Below are positions 8,706 to 19,195 of a DNA stretch of 64,000 nucleotides, piece after piece. This DNA is from an uncultured Candidatus Saccharibacteria bacterium (GTDB lineage Bacteria > Patescibacteriota > WWE3 > 2-01-FULL-39-13), in NCBI GenBank assembly GCA_964370865.1, contig CAYJKF010000002.1:20719-84718 (forward strand). The letters run 5' to 3'. The notes under the pieces were generated by a model. The model was not told where the DNA came from, ran no database searches, and saw only the letters and a program-made list of their open reading frames with translations. Position 1 is the first letter of the stretch; each line of letters begins with the position of its first letter. A program made the translations under genes and the position numbers.

Positions 8706-9896
8706 ATGCATACAACTATAATAATACCGACTTACAATGAAGCTGATAATATAGAAGACTGTATATCTACTGTAAAGCAAATCCTAATAGAGAATAATTT
8801 GAACGACTCATTTAGTTTTTTGATTACTGACGCTAATTCCAGTGATGGCACTGCTGATATCGTTAAGAAATTGATGGTTAATGATTCAAGAATTCATCTG
8901 ATTGAGGAAGGCAGTAAACAAGGTATTGGCAAAGCATATTCGAATGCGATGAAGAAAGCTTTTGTCGACTTAAATGCTGATGCCATTATTACCTTTGATG
9001 CCGATTTATCACATGATCCAAAAGTAATTCCTCAGATGGTAGCACTACTAGAAACCGGGGCAGATTATGTGTGTGGGACAAGGTATAGAAAAGGTGGAGG
9101 AATTCCAAGCAATTGGGGGATACATAGAAAATTTTTGAGTATAGTTGGCAATTTGTTTATAAAAATATTGTATTTTCAAGCAGGATTATCTGATTTTACA
9201 TCTGGTTTCAAAGGATTTAAGAAAAACGTTTTCGAGAAAATAGTTGATAAAATTTCCCAACACAAAGGCTACACCTTTAGCATTTCTACAAACATTGAAG
9301 CTTACAGAGCTGGTTTTAAAATTCATGAAGTCCCATATAAGTTCAAGGATAGAACAAGAGGAGAATCTAAGATGGGACCAGAGTATCTTATTATGGGATT
9401 CAAATTTGTAACGTTAAGTTGGATTTCGGATATGATGAAAGTGAGAATTATTCGTGTTTTACTTGCTGGTGGTGTAGGAGCAATCTGTCAGCTACTTTCC
9501 TATGGCTTGATATTTTATCCTCTTTTTGAAGACCAAAATATTTTAAATTTAAATATAACTAGCCAATTTATAGGTTTTAGTATTGCGCCACGTTTTTTGA
9601 TTTCACAGTTGTTCGCTATTGAAGTTGGAGTTTTATCCACGTTCTTAGTCAATAATTATTGGACTTTTAAAGACCATGTCTTGCACGGGACTAAGCTTGT
9701 GTACGGGTTTTTGAAAAATAATGTTGGTGTCAGTATCGCAATTTTAATCCAGCTTTGGGTTGGACAGATTTTAGAGTATTTATTTGGAGAGGGAATTGTT
9801 AGACACTATACATATCAAATAATTGGAATTTTGGTCGGTCTAATTTGGAATTTTTATTTTTACAAGAAAATAGTATGGAAAATAAAATCAAAATAA
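8706..9896 (+). CDS. GT2 polyprenyl-phosphate sugar synthase (DPM1/GtrB-like) fused to a C-terminal GtrA-like 4-TM domain
   Basis: IIIPTYNEADNI, FDADLSHDP (DXD), then a GtrA-like membrane region (LLAGGVGAICQLLSYGLIF ... VNNYWTF). Confidence 0.75.
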   Translation: MHTTIIIPTYNEADNIEDCISTVKQILIENNLNDSFSFLITDANSSDGTADIVKKLMVNDSRIHLIEEGSKQGIGKAYSNAMKKAFVDLNADAIITFDADLSHDPKVIPQMVALLETGADYVCGTRYRKGGGIPSNWGIHRKFLSIVGNLFIKILYFQAGLSDFTSGFKGFKKNVFEKIVDKISQHKGYTFSISTNIEAYRAGFKIHEVPYKFKDRTRGESKMGPEYLIMGFKFVTLSWISDMMKVRIIRVLLAGGVGAICQLLSYGLIFYPLFEDQNILNLNITSQFIGFSIAPRFLISQLFAIEVGVLSTFLVNNYWTFKDHVLHGTKLVYGFLKNNVGVSIAILIQLWVGQILEYLFGEGIVRHYTYQIIGILVGLIWNFYFYKKIVWKIKSK

Positions 9897-10639
9897 GTAT
9901 TGTAATACCAGCTTATAATGAGCAAGGTCGTATTGAAGGTAGTTTACGGCGAATAAAGGCCTTTTTTGATGAGCGAGCATATGATTATGAGATTATAGTT
10001 TCAGATGATGGTTCAAAAGATAAAACCCTAGAAATTGTAAAGAAATTTCAGGAATCCTGGCCAGAACTTAAGGCGTTAAACAATTTGCATAAAGGCAAGG
10101 CCCCAGCAATTATTTCAGGTATTAATAGTGCACAAGGAGAGTTTGTTCTATTTACTGATGTGGATTTGTCGGTGGATATTGGTGAATTACCAAAGTTATT
10201 GTACGCTGTTGAAGATAGAGGATATGACGTGGCAATTGCATCAAGAGAGGGTAAAGGTGCGAAAAGAATTGACGAACCAACCATTAGACATGTTATGGGA
10301 CGTGTCTTTAATTATTTAGTACAACTTGTAATACTACCCGGTATAAACGACACCCAATGTGGCTTTAAATTATTTAGGACATCATCAGCCATAGAAATAT
10401 TCAAACACACACTATTGTATTCGCTTGATGATGAAGTGATTTCTGGCGGTAAAGTTTCTGCTTTTGATGTAGAGATTTTATATTTAGCTAAAAGAATGGG
10501 TTTAAAGATCAAAGAGGTTCCAGTAGTTTGGATCTACCAAGATGAAAGTAAGGTTCATAATATAAAAGATTCGTATTATAATGCAAAGGATGTTTTAGTC
10601 GTTAGATTAAATAGTTTATTAGGAAAATATAAAGTTTAG
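9875..10639 (+). CDS. GT2 glycosyltransferase (polyprenyl-phosphate glucosyl/mannosyl-transferase-like). The ORF track start at 9845 is probably too early.
   Basis: ISIVIPAYNEQGRI, TDVDLS, ~255 aa soluble GT-A fold. Confidence 0.75.
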   Translation: MENKIKISIVIPAYNEQGRIEGSLRRIKAFFDERAYDYEIIVSDDGSKDKTLEIVKKFQESWPELKALNNLHKGKAPAIISGINSAQGEFVLFTDVDLSVDIGELPKLLYAVEDRGYDVAIASREGKGAKRIDEPTIRHVMGRVFNYLVQLVILPGINDTQCGFKLFRTSSAIEIFKHTLLYSLDDEVISGGKVSAFDVEILYLAKRMGLKIKEVPVVWIYQDESKVHNIKDSYYNAKDVLVVRLNSLLGKYKV

Positions 10640-10652
10640 TCATTAAATTCAT

Positions 10653-11972
10653 ATGAAAATTACAATAATAGGTACAGGTTACGTTGGTTTAGTTTCTGGA
10701 GCAGTCTTCGCAGATTGGGGACATGATGTAGTTTGTCTTGACGTTAACCAAGACAAAATAGACAAAATAAAAGAAGGCATAATGCCAATTTATGAAGAAG
10801 GCTTAGAAGAATTAGTAAAGCGTATACAAAAAGAAGGTAGGTTTGTTGCTACAACGGATTACGAATTAGCAATGAAACATGGTGAATTAATATTCATATG
10901 CGTTGGAACACCAAGTAACCAATCAGGAGCCGCAGACTTAACATATGTTTTTGATGTAGCTAAGAATATTGGTGAACTACTTCCAGAGGATCAATATCGT
11001 GTAATCGTTACAAAATCTACAGTCCCAGTTGGTACAAATCATAAAGTGAAAGAAACTATTTTGAAAAATAGTGAGGGAAGGACTCTTGATTTCGATATCT
11101 GCTCTAATCCAGAATTTTTAAGAGAAGGAACTTCAATCTTTGATGCAAATAATACTGATCGAGTTGTGATAGGTACTGAAACCGATAAAGCCTTTGAGAA
11201 AATGAAAGAGTTATATAATCACTTAGAAACGACAATTTTACAAACTTCAATTCAAAGTGCAGAACTTATTAAATATGCATCAAACGCCTTTTTAGCCACA
11301 AAAATTAGTTTTATAAATGAAATTTCTCAAATATGCGAGAGAGTCGGAGCAGATGTTAAAGAAGTCGCACAAGGTATGGGATTAGATAATAGAATCGGTG
11401 GAAAATTCCTAAATGCCGGTATTGGATATGGTGGATCTTGTTTCCCTAAGGATGTAGAGGCATTGTATCGAACTAGTAGTGAAAAGATGTATGATTTCAG
11501 GTTACTAAGAGGTGTAATTGATGCTAACGAGAGACAAAAACACTATTTCATGGAAAAAGTATGGAATAAGTATGGTTCAAATTTAGATGGATATGTATTT
11601 GGCGTTTTAGGTTCTGCTTTTAAGAATGGAACTGATGATACTCGTAAGTCAGTTGCCCTTGAGGTAATAAAAATGCTAAGAGGCGCAGGCGCGAAAATAA
11701 AATTAGCAGACCCGGCGGCGCTTGAGAATTCTAAAAGAGATCTAGGAACTATCGGAATGGAATATTGTGAAGTAATTGATGATGTATTTGATAAAGCTGA
11801 TGGCGTTTTTATACTCACTGAATGGCCAGAATTCGCTAATATAGATTACGAAGAAATGGCAGATAAATTAAAATCAAAAGTAATTTTTGATGGAAAAAAT
11901 CTTTTGAACCCTAAAGTTCTTTCTGATTTGGGATATGAATACCATTCAATCGGTAGAAGTTCTTACCTTTAG
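10653..11972 (+). CDS. ugd: UDP-glucose 6-dehydrogenase
   Basis: N-terminal Rossmann IIGTGYVGLVSGAVFADWGH, catalytic GGSCFPKD motif, 439 aa. Confidence 0.85.
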   Translation: MKITIIGTGYVGLVSGAVFADWGHDVVCLDVNQDKIDKIKEGIMPIYEEGLEELVKRIQKEGRFVATTDYELAMKHGELIFICVGTPSNQSGAADLTYVFDVAKNIGELLPEDQYRVIVTKSTVPVGTNHKVKETILKNSEGRTLDFDICSNPEFLREGTSIFDANNTDRVVIGTETDKAFEKMKELYNHLETTILQTSIQSAELIKYASNAFLATKISFINEISQICERVGADVKEVAQGMGLDNRIGGKFLNAGIGYGGSCFPKDVEALYRTSSEKMYDFRLLRGVIDANERQKHYFMEKVWNKYGSNLDGYVFGVLGSAFKNGTDDTRKSVALEVIKMLRGAGAKIKLADPAALENSKRDLGTIGMEYCEVIDDVFDKADGVFILTEWPEFANIDYEEMADKLKSKVIFDGKNLLNPKVLSDLGYEYHSIGRSSYL

Positions 11973-12314
11973 AAAATCTCTGAAGAATATTGAGAAAAAT
12001 ATCGAACCCCATCCTATCGTAAAAAATCCGAAAGGAAGTAGTTTTTGAAATACTCTAACTAGTGTAAGTGTTGAGGCACCACCATCTGATTCCAAAGATT
12101 CAAGCGTCTGGTTTTGTAGAGGCTCCATTATGTGTTTTTGATATTCGAAGCCAACTAATAGGGTTGAAAAGCCAATTAATAGTAGGGTTGCATACCTTGA
12201 TGGTTTATATAGCAAAAGCAAAAACGACATAATAGTTCCCAAGAAAAATGCTATTGCATATTCATTATGCGCAAAGGTTAGATAAACGGTATTAATGAGT
12301 GAATCTGTTGTCAT
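11946..12314 (-). CDS. Small polytopic membrane protein (hypothetical), immediately downstream of pepF
   Basis: 3-4 hydrophobic helices. Start 3 nt after the pepF stop. Overlaps the ugd 3' end convergently. Confidence 0.35.
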   Translation of the reverse strand: MTTDSLINTVYLTFAHNEYAIAFFLGTIMSFLLLLYKPSRYATLLLIGFSTLLVGFEYQKHIMEPLQNQTLESLESDGGASTLTLVRVFQKLLPFGFFTIGWGSIFFSIFFRDFLKVRTSTD

Positions 12315-12316
12315 GT

Positions 12317-14131
12317 TTAGATTTTACCAAGTTTTTTAGCTAGTGATGTTGCGGAGTTTAAATCTTCAATAATTTGCTGAATTCCTTCTTCCCAAAAATT
12401 TTCATTGGATATGTCTAATCCCATTTCAGAAAAAATATCCTTAGGTGACTTATCTAGTCCTGCTTCATAGAATGCCTTGATTTGCTTAATAAAGGTTGGA
12501 TCTTTCGCTAGCTTTGCACTTAAAGCTTTTGCAATTAATTCTCCACCTGCATATGAATAAACATAGAAAAAAGATCTAATGTGTGACCAATAGACCCACC
12601 AATTCTCTGAGCCTGTTGAAAATTTGACTGCGGGGCCAGTATATGACTTCATTGATTGAGAAAACATTTCGCCGATGTCTGATATTGATAAGAAGGATTT
12701 TTCCTTATATTTTGTATGTAGAGCCATCTCAAATTCATAACAGGCAATTTGTCTGAAAATGGTTGAGATTGTGCCATTCAATTTGTCCATCATATAAGCT
12801 AGTCGGTCATCCTCATTGAGTGACTGCTCAAGATATTTGCCAGTTACGTCCTCCATAAAGGTACTTGCAACCTCTGCGACAAAGGTCGAGACGCCGTAGT
12901 TTAGTTCACTATTTTTTTTGCAGAGTTCAAAATTAATCGCATGTCCAAATTCATGAGCAAGGGTTGTTACATCTCTGAGTTTGCCCGTGAAATTTAACAA
13001 AACATACACCGGGCTAATCCTACAATAATTAGCACAAAAAGCCCCACCACTTTTGCCCGCCTTTGGATATACATCAACTCGACCTTCCTCAAACATCGTC
13101 TTAGAAAATGTATAAAAAGATTCGTCAAGTTTGCTCGATTCAAGATAAATATTTTTAGCTTCTTCAAATGTAAATGTATTTTTTAATTCGCCATAAGTTA
13201 AATTTCTTTCGTAGTACTCCAATTGGTCAATTTTAAGGAGTTTAGCTTTAAGTTTATAAAAATCTTGGGCAACATTATTGTGCTTTGTTACCGCAGCTCT
13301 TAATGAGTCAACAACAGATGAATCGACATCATCACTTATGTGTCTAGCAGTATCAGGGCGTGGTATCTTTCGAAACTCATCAGTATTCTTTTTGTTTTCT
13401 AAAATAGAGTTAATTTCAAATTCCGCTATTTCGACATATTTACTTAAAATTTCATTAATGGCCTCGGCCACATTCTCTCTTACTTCTTTATTTTGAGAAT
13501 CTAACATAGAGTACATTTCTTCTAAGGTTTTGGATTCTCTAGTTCCGTTTTCAGTAAGGACCATTCGTTCTTGTTTGTCGAGAAGTTCGCTTACCATGTT
13601 TACCCAGTTAGAGTGTGATGTTTTGCTTTTTAAATTCATTACCTGTTCTTGATCTTCGGAAAGGTAATATTTAGCATTAGCAAAAAGTTTTTCTAAATCA
13701 TGTTTATAAACGGCTAACTTTTGATTTGAAAGAAATATCTTTTGCTTTTCCTTTGAGACCTTTGCTAAGCGCAAATGAAAAAATTGCATTTTGTTATAAA
13801 GTCTCACAGCTTTATTATCCAGATCATTTTCTAGAGATTTTAATCTTTCATCGAGTTGATTTAAGCTTCTTTTTAACATCAGAAAATAGCCAAATTTTCC
13901 AATAATCCCATAATCTTCATATATTCTTTCTGACTCGACTAAAGCCTCTAATAGTGCATCCGGATTATTCAGATAAGAATCGTTTTGAGACCATTTATTT
14001 ACAAAGTTGTCTATTTCAAGCTCTTTTTTTGCTAAATCGACCTCAATTTGAGGGTCACTTTCATTTTTATATAAAGAACTTAAATTCCATTGTTGCATGT
14101 TGTTATAATAACATTCATGCGAGCTACACAT
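12317..14131 (-). CDS. pepF: Oligoendopeptidase F (M3B metallopeptidase). The start may be the internal Met at ~14098.
   Basis: HEFGHAI zinc motif, ~600 aa, typical M3B length. Confidence 0.85.
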   Translation of the reverse strand: MCSSHECYYNNMQQWNLSSLYKNESDPQIEVDLAKKELEIDNFVNKWSQNDSYLNNPDALLEALVESERIYEDYGIIGKFGYFLMLKRSLNQLDERLKSLENDLDNKAVRLYNKMQFFHLRLAKVSKEKQKIFLSNQKLAVYKHDLEKLFANAKYYLSEDQEQVMNLKSKTSHSNWVNMVSELLDKQERMVLTENGTRESKTLEEMYSMLDSQNKEVRENVAEAINEILSKYVEIAEFEINSILENKKNTDEFRKIPRPDTARHISDDVDSSVVDSLRAAVTKHNNVAQDFYKLKAKLLKIDQLEYYERNLTYGELKNTFTFEEAKNIYLESSKLDESFYTFSKTMFEEGRVDVYPKAGKSGGAFCANYCRISPVYVLLNFTGKLRDVTTLAHEFGHAINFELCKKNSELNYGVSTFVAEVASTFMEDVTGKYLEQSLNEDDRLAYMMDKLNGTISTIFRQIACYEFEMALHTKYKEKSFLSISDIGEMFSQSMKSYTGPAVKFSTGSENWWVYWSHIRSFFYVYSYAGGELIAKALSAKLAKDPTFIKQIKAFYEAGLDKSPKDIFSEMGLDISNENFWEEGIQQIIEDLNSATSLAKKLGKI

Positions 14132-15094
14132 CTTGTTAAAAATATTTCAGAAGAAGACGACAAGAAATACATAAAGAATATTATCAATCGGTCAAAAAAA
14201 TTTGGATATAAAGCTAAGGTAATGCATTTATTACCAGTTACTAGGATGTTCTTGTCGAGACTGCTTTTTTTCAATAAAACAATAATTCATCTGCATTATT
14301 GTTCAAAAGGGATGTATTTATATCTTAAAACCTTAGGTAAAGTAGATAATATGCATTTTGTCTATCAAATCTATCATGATATGGACTTAAGTAAATTTTC
14401 ACGTCGTAACGCAAAGTTATATGAAGATGCGAATATATTTTTTATTAAAAGAGCATCGGCGGTTCTCTTTAACAAAATTTCTCTCTATCACGAATACTGC
14501 AAGAATTATAAGAAATATCGTGAAAAGTTTTTTCTCATAGAGTGTGGTTATGATAGTGATCAACTTACACCTCTCCCTGATCATAAACAGCTCGGTATGT
14601 CTACTAAGATTTATATCGGACAGGACAAATCCGATGATTTTAAGAATACCTCTTTAACGGTTGAAGCATTTTCGTACCTTCCCAGCAACTACACTTTATT
14701 AAGTAATTACACAAACAATAACGGAAGACATGTTAAGAGGTTTTCTGAGAATCTACACTTAAAAAATCGGTTGGATTTTCTTGATGGTGCTACTTTGGAA
14801 AGCGCCAGCTATGATATTTATATTGATTTGTTAACAGAAGACTTGTCAATTGAAATGCTAAATAACCTTGCTAGAGATGTATGCGTTATTGGTGTAAGAA
14901 AGGATCTAGGTATTAAAGGATACTTTCCAATCAAAAGTTTTTTGCCAAAAGTCATTGCTTCACAGATCAAATCAATGAGTCCAGTTAAAATGGAAGTCGA
15001 TACACAAACCCTCTCTCGCTTTTATAGCTGGGATGCTAGAACTAAGCAGGTAATATTGATATATAACTACATTCTCGAAAATAAAGTAAAATAG
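14090..15094 (+). CDS. Hypothetical protein, possibly a degenerate GT-B (GT4-like) fold. The likely start is the internal Met at ~14222.
   Basis: First gene of the + operon. No TM. Weak GT4-like N-terminal pattern. Overlaps the pepF start if 14090 is used. Confidence 0.4.
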   Translation: MLHVVIITFMRATHLVKNISEEDDKKYIKNIINRSKKFGYKAKVMHLLPVTRMFLSRLLFFNKTIIHLHYCSKGMYLYLKTLGKVDNMHFVYQIYHDMDLSKFSRRNAKLYEDANIFFIKRASAVLFNKISLYHEYCKNYKKYREKFFLIECGYDSDQLTPLPDHKQLGMSTKIYIGQDKSDDFKNTSLTVEAFSYLPSNYTLLSNYTNNNGRHVKRFSENLHLKNRLDFLDGATLESASYDIYIDLLTEDLSIEMLNNLARDVCVIGVRKDLGIKGYFPIKSFLPKVIASQIKSMSPVKMEVDTQTLSRFYSWDARTKQVILIYNYILENKVK

Positions 15095-15101
15095 TAGTTA
15101 T

Positions 15102-16220
15102 ATGAAAGTACTTGTACTAAGTTCTAGATTTCATCCTGATAAGGGAGGCGTAGAAAATGTTGTGCAAATGCTATTTGATAAATATTCTGGTGAATTAAAA
15201 CTCATTGTTTCCCATGCGCAATCAACTTTCAGCCCAAAGATCAAAGAAACCTTGAATGGTAAGGAAATCACAAGAATCTGGATGGGACGTCCAGATTCAT
15301 TAAATGGTTGGTTAGTTTTTCCATATAGATTTTTAGCTAGCTTATTTGCATTTGTAAGTGAGGTTAAGCAGTATAATCCCGACTTAATAAATTATCATTT
15401 TCCAGATGATAGTATATTTCTCTTTTCCGCTTCCAGATTTTTCATAAAAACAAAGTATGTTTTGAATTTGCATGGTGAAGATTTTCATAGCTTTTCCAAA
15501 AGATCACCACATTCATATTTTTGGAATAAATTAATTAATAATTCTAGCGGGATTATTGTGAATTCCGATTATATGCGTGGTGAAGTGATGGATAGATTCA
15601 AATTAGGGTCTGATAAAATTTTTATAATTCCGAATGGAATTGATATAAAAGCAATCGACTCGATTGCTTCTCGAAAGTATATTGAAGAGCCTTACATTTT
15701 TGCAGTTGGACGATTTGTTTTTAAGAAAGGCTTTGATATTTTAGTTACTGCATTCAAGGAGTCAAATTTGGAACAGGTTAAATTAGTTATCGAGGGAAAG
15801 GGTGAGGAGCTAGAGTCAATAAAATCACTTGTGTCTGAACTAGATTTATCAAGTAAGGTTATTTTAACTGGTGGAACAATGTCTGCCGACGAAAAAGTTG
15901 CCTTTATGAAAGGTAGTCTATTTGGAGTTGTTCCGTCACGTAAAGAACCTTTTGGAATTGTCGCACTTGAATTTATGGCGGCAAATGTACCAGTTATAGT
16001 ATCTGCAACTGGAGGCCTATTATCCCTAGTTGAGAACGGAGTAAATGGCATATTATTCGAAAATGAGAGTGAATTGTCACTTGCGGATAAATTGACAAGG
16101 TTAAGATCTGACATTCAATTACGTTCAAAACTTAAGGAGCATGGAAGAGAGACCGCGGAAAAATTTTCCTATGAAATGGTGACGTCTCAATACCTAACAC
16201 TATTTGAAAAACTTATATGA
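15102..16220 (+). CDS. GT4 family glycosyltransferase (GT-B, retaining)
   Basis: C-terminal EPFGIVALEFMAANVPVIVSATGG (the E-x7-E region), 372 aa. Confidence 0.8.
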   Translation: MKVLVLSSRFHPDKGGVENVVQMLFDKYSGELKLIVSHAQSTFSPKIKETLNGKEITRIWMGRPDSLNGWLVFPYRFLASLFAFVSEVKQYNPDLINYHFPDDSIFLFSASRFFIKTKYVLNLHGEDFHSFSKRSPHSYFWNKLINNSSGIIVNSDYMRGEVMDRFKLGSDKIFIIPNGIDIKAIDSIASRKYIEEPYIFAVGRFVFKKGFDILVTAFKESNLEQVKLVIEGKGEELESIKSLVSELDLSSKVILTGGTMSADEKVAFMKGSLFGVVPSRKEPFGIVALEFMAANVPVIVSATGGLLSLVENGVNGILFENESELSLADKLTRLRSDIQLRSKLKEHGRETAEKFSYEMVTSQYLTLFEKLI

Positions 16221-17491
16221 AGATTCTTATAATTTCGCGAAGTACTATTCATCATTTTTCTTCAGGGGGGATGGAAACACATCTGAAAAATCTAGTTGAA
16301 GGATTAGCTCTTAAGGGACATAAAGTACAAGTTGTAACAACCTCTTATCCATCAGTTGATATCGATTCGATTAATTCTGAAGATAAATCTTTAAACGACA
16401 GCGGAGTGGATTATATTTTTATTGGTGATACTACCCCAGGCCAACTTCCTTTAAGTAGAGTCGAGCGATTTTTTATAAAACTTGGTGTATTTAACAGAAA
16501 AATAAAAGAAGGTAGAAAAGACTTTTTTGCGGAATTAACTAATAGGGTACAAGGAGGCGATTTTTCCGACTGTGATGTGATTTTATCGCAAAGTACAGTG
16601 GGACGTTCAGTTATAAGATTATTACATGAAACTATCCCCTCTATCGTTATTATTCATGGGACGAATTTTGCGGAGATAAAAAATCGATTTAGAACTTTAA
16701 AGAGCTTTAAAAATATAGTCCGTTTTGTTTTAGTCGATTTACCAAGACTAATATCAGAATATTTCACTACTAATAAACTTTTGTTTAGAGATGCTAAATA
16801 CATCGTTGCAGTAAGCAATGACCTTAAGGAAGATTTTCTGGATCAGTATCCTCCACATTCCAATAAAACTGTAGTTATTAGAAATGGGGTGGATGAAAAA
16901 TATTTTGTTCCGGGAGAATTAAAAAAACATTTAGAACTACATATCTTATATGTTGGACGAATTGTTCTTGAAAAAGGAATAGACACAATCATTCGTGTTG
17001 CTAGGGTATTAATGGATCGTAATGTTAATTTCGTAATTAAGATTGTAGGCGGTGGAAGTGACTTACATGAAATGAAAGAACTATTAAAAGAACTTGGCGT
17101 TTCTAAGAATGTCTTCTTTGAAGGAGAAGTAAAGAATAATGATATTGTTGAGTTTTATCAGGACGCAGATCTATTTTTGTTCCCATCTAGAAGGATTGAA
17201 GGGCATCCTATGACTATTTCAGAGGCGATGTTATGTGGATTGCCAATTGTGACATCTAGAAATGGAGGTTTGAAGGAACTGATAGAAGATGGACAAAGTG
17301 GCTATTATATCGATGAGAAAAACCCGATAGAAATAGCAGAAAAAATTATCGAGATGGATAGTGATAGACCTATGCTGAAAAAGCTATCAGAGAACGCTAG
17401 AAACCATGCTCTCAAAAACTACAGTTCTAAGGCAATGGTAGAGCAGTATAATTTTTTAATTGAGAAAGCAGTTAATGATAAAAATATATAA
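16217..17491 (+). CDS. GT4 family glycosyltransferase
   Basis: YVGRIVLEKGID ... FPSRRIEGHPMTISEAMLCGLPIVTSRNGG. 4-nt overlap with the upstream gene. Confidence 0.8.
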   Translation: MKILIISRSTIHHFSSGGMETHLKNLVEGLALKGHKVQVVTTSYPSVDIDSINSEDKSLNDSGVDYIFIGDTTPGQLPLSRVERFFIKLGVFNRKIKEGRKDFFAELTNRVQGGDFSDCDVILSQSTVGRSVIRLLHETIPSIVIIHGTNFAEIKNRFRTLKSFKNIVRFVLVDLPRLISEYFTTNKLLFRDAKYIVAVSNDLKEDFLDQYPPHSNKTVVIRNGVDEKYFVPGELKKHLELHILYVGRIVLEKGIDTIIRVARVLMDRNVNFVIKIVGGGSDLHEMKELLKELGVSKNVFFEGEVKNNDIVEFYQDADLFLFPSRRIEGHPMTISEAMLCGLPIVTSRNGGLKELIEDGQSGYYIDEKNPIEIAEKIIEMDSDRPMLKKLSENARNHALKNYSSKAMVEQYNFLIEKAVNDKNI

Positions 17492-19190
17492 GTATTCACT
17501 GCCATTAATCATAACAGTACTTGCTATCGTCATTATTGCCTATTCTATTGTTCTAAGAATTTATGGATTAGGATATTCTGATTTACAAGGTGATGAGATT
17601 AATACAATCAATTATTTATATTCACCTGATAAAAGTTTTGGTGATTATTTACTTGAACAGAAAAAGGGTCCCATTCAATTTGTAATTAATTATATAAACA
17701 CAAGTCTTTTTGGATATGTATCAGAGTGGCAAGTTAGGTTTCCTTATTTATTAGCTGGAATAGTATCGATTTTTGCATTATATAAATTTGTCAAACAAAT
17801 CGATGGAAGAAATACAGCGCTATTAGCTTCACTACTTCTCGCCAGTTCAGGGTTGTTCATTTCATTCTCCAAAATTACGCAGTATCAGTCAGTTATGTAC
17901 TTGTTGTTGTTTGTCTTTTTGTTTTTATTTGTTAAATCCTTTGAATCGCCCGCACGCTTTAAATTACTTGTAATATCAGCCTTCTTATATGGGCTTATGA
18001 TACTTAACCATTATGACGCTCTATCTGTAATGCCATTTATATTATCTTATTTCATAATGAAAGTTCGCAAGGATTCCACTACCTTAGCAGCAAATCTCAG
18101 AAGTCTAACAGTTTTTATGTTTATCGTGCTAGGAGTTACTCTTTCGTTTTATATACCATTTTTGTTACATTCTGAGTTTTCCGATTCAACATCTGGCTAT
18201 TTAAGCGCAAGACTTTTAGGTGGTGGATTTATGCCTCGTACCGAAATTACATTGAAACTGATTAGTATGTATGTACCAAAGTTCTGGTTATACATAATGT
18301 TTTTTTCCTCTATGGCAGGTATTTTGGTAATGCACTTCAATAATATTAAGGCATATAAATTTTTTAACATCACATTTAATGAGAGGTTAATAAAAACGAC
18401 TTTTCTAATCTTAGTGTGTTTACTTGGATTTGCAGTTGTTTTTAGTTTGTATCCAATAAAACCACGTACCTCGGGCTTAATTTTTTTGATTGCTTCATTT
18501 GGAATTGCAAAGACATTATTTTTAATTACGACTAGTTCCTCTGCAAAGATATCATTAACCGTTTGGTACTTAGCTTCTTTTTGGTTTTATTTATTTTTCG
18601 TTCGAGATCCAAGGACACATGTGTACATTGCTTTCCTGCCTGGTTTTATTCACGTGGCAATTTTTTATGTATGGCTGTTAAAGAATAAGATTAACCTGGT
18701 CAAATATGTTTCAGTAGGAATGCTTTCACTTATATTTGTTTATGTGTCTTATTTCAATTGGATGGTGTATTTTGATCGAACTCCTGAATATCCTTGGTGG
18801 AATAAAACTCTATTTGGTAGACCAATGTACAAGATTTCACATAGTAACAGAATAGATGGGGTTTTTGGATTTAATAGTAACCGTGGCTGGAGTGAAATAT
18901 CAAAACTTTTTAGTGCACAGTGTTTACAAGGTTCATATGAATCGAATGAGAAAGATAATATTTCAACGTTTTATGTAGGCTATCCGCAGTTAATGGGAGA
19001 TAAGTGGATTAGAGAAAGTGGAGCCGATAATTTAATAGTTGTAGACGGTCCGCAAAGTTGGATATACGAAAGTCACCGTGAATTTGGGGGTTATAATCTT
19101 CTAACAACACTATACAATGACGATATGCCAGTTACATTCATTTATGGTAAAAAGGATAAGTATCCTACTGGTAAATTGCTCTGCGAATAA
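17460..19190 (+). CDS. Polytopic GT-C-type membrane glycosyltransferase (ArnT/PMT-like). Paralog of 24406-26121.
   Basis: ~12 TMs, first-loop acidic motif LQGDEINTINYLY, C-terminal soluble domain with conserved Cys. Confidence 0.6.
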   Translation: MRKQLMIKIYKYSLPLIITVLAIVIIAYSIVLRIYGLGYSDLQGDEINTINYLYSPDKSFGDYLLEQKKGPIQFVINYINTSLFGYVSEWQVRFPYLLAGIVSIFALYKFVKQIDGRNTALLASLLLASSGLFISFSKITQYQSVMYLLLFVFLFLFVKSFESPARFKLLVISAFLYGLMILNHYDALSVMPFILSYFIMKVRKDSTTLAANLRSLTVFMFIVLGVTLSFYIPFLLHSEFSDSTSGYLSARLLGGGFMPRTEITLKLISMYVPKFWLYIMFFSSMAGILVMHFNNIKAYKFFNITFNERLIKTTFLILVCLLGFAVVFSLYPIKPRTSGLIFLIASFGIAKTLFLITTSSSAKISLTVWYLASFWFYLFFVRDPRTHVYIAFLPGFIHVAIFYVWLLKNKINLVKYVSVGMLSLIFVYVSYFNWMVYFDRTPEYPWWNKTLFGRPMYKISHSNRIDGVFGFNSNRGWSEISKLFSAQCLQGSYESNEKDNISTFYVGYPQLMGDKWIRESGADNLIVVDGPQSWIYESHREFGGYNLLTTLYNDDMPVTFIYGKKDKYPTGKLLCE

Positions 19191-19195
19191 TAAAT

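Noticed and set aside
10048-10512. Four short ORFs on both strands inside the GT2 gene 9875-10639
   Set aside because: Shadow ORFs within a CDS that has clear GT2 motifs.
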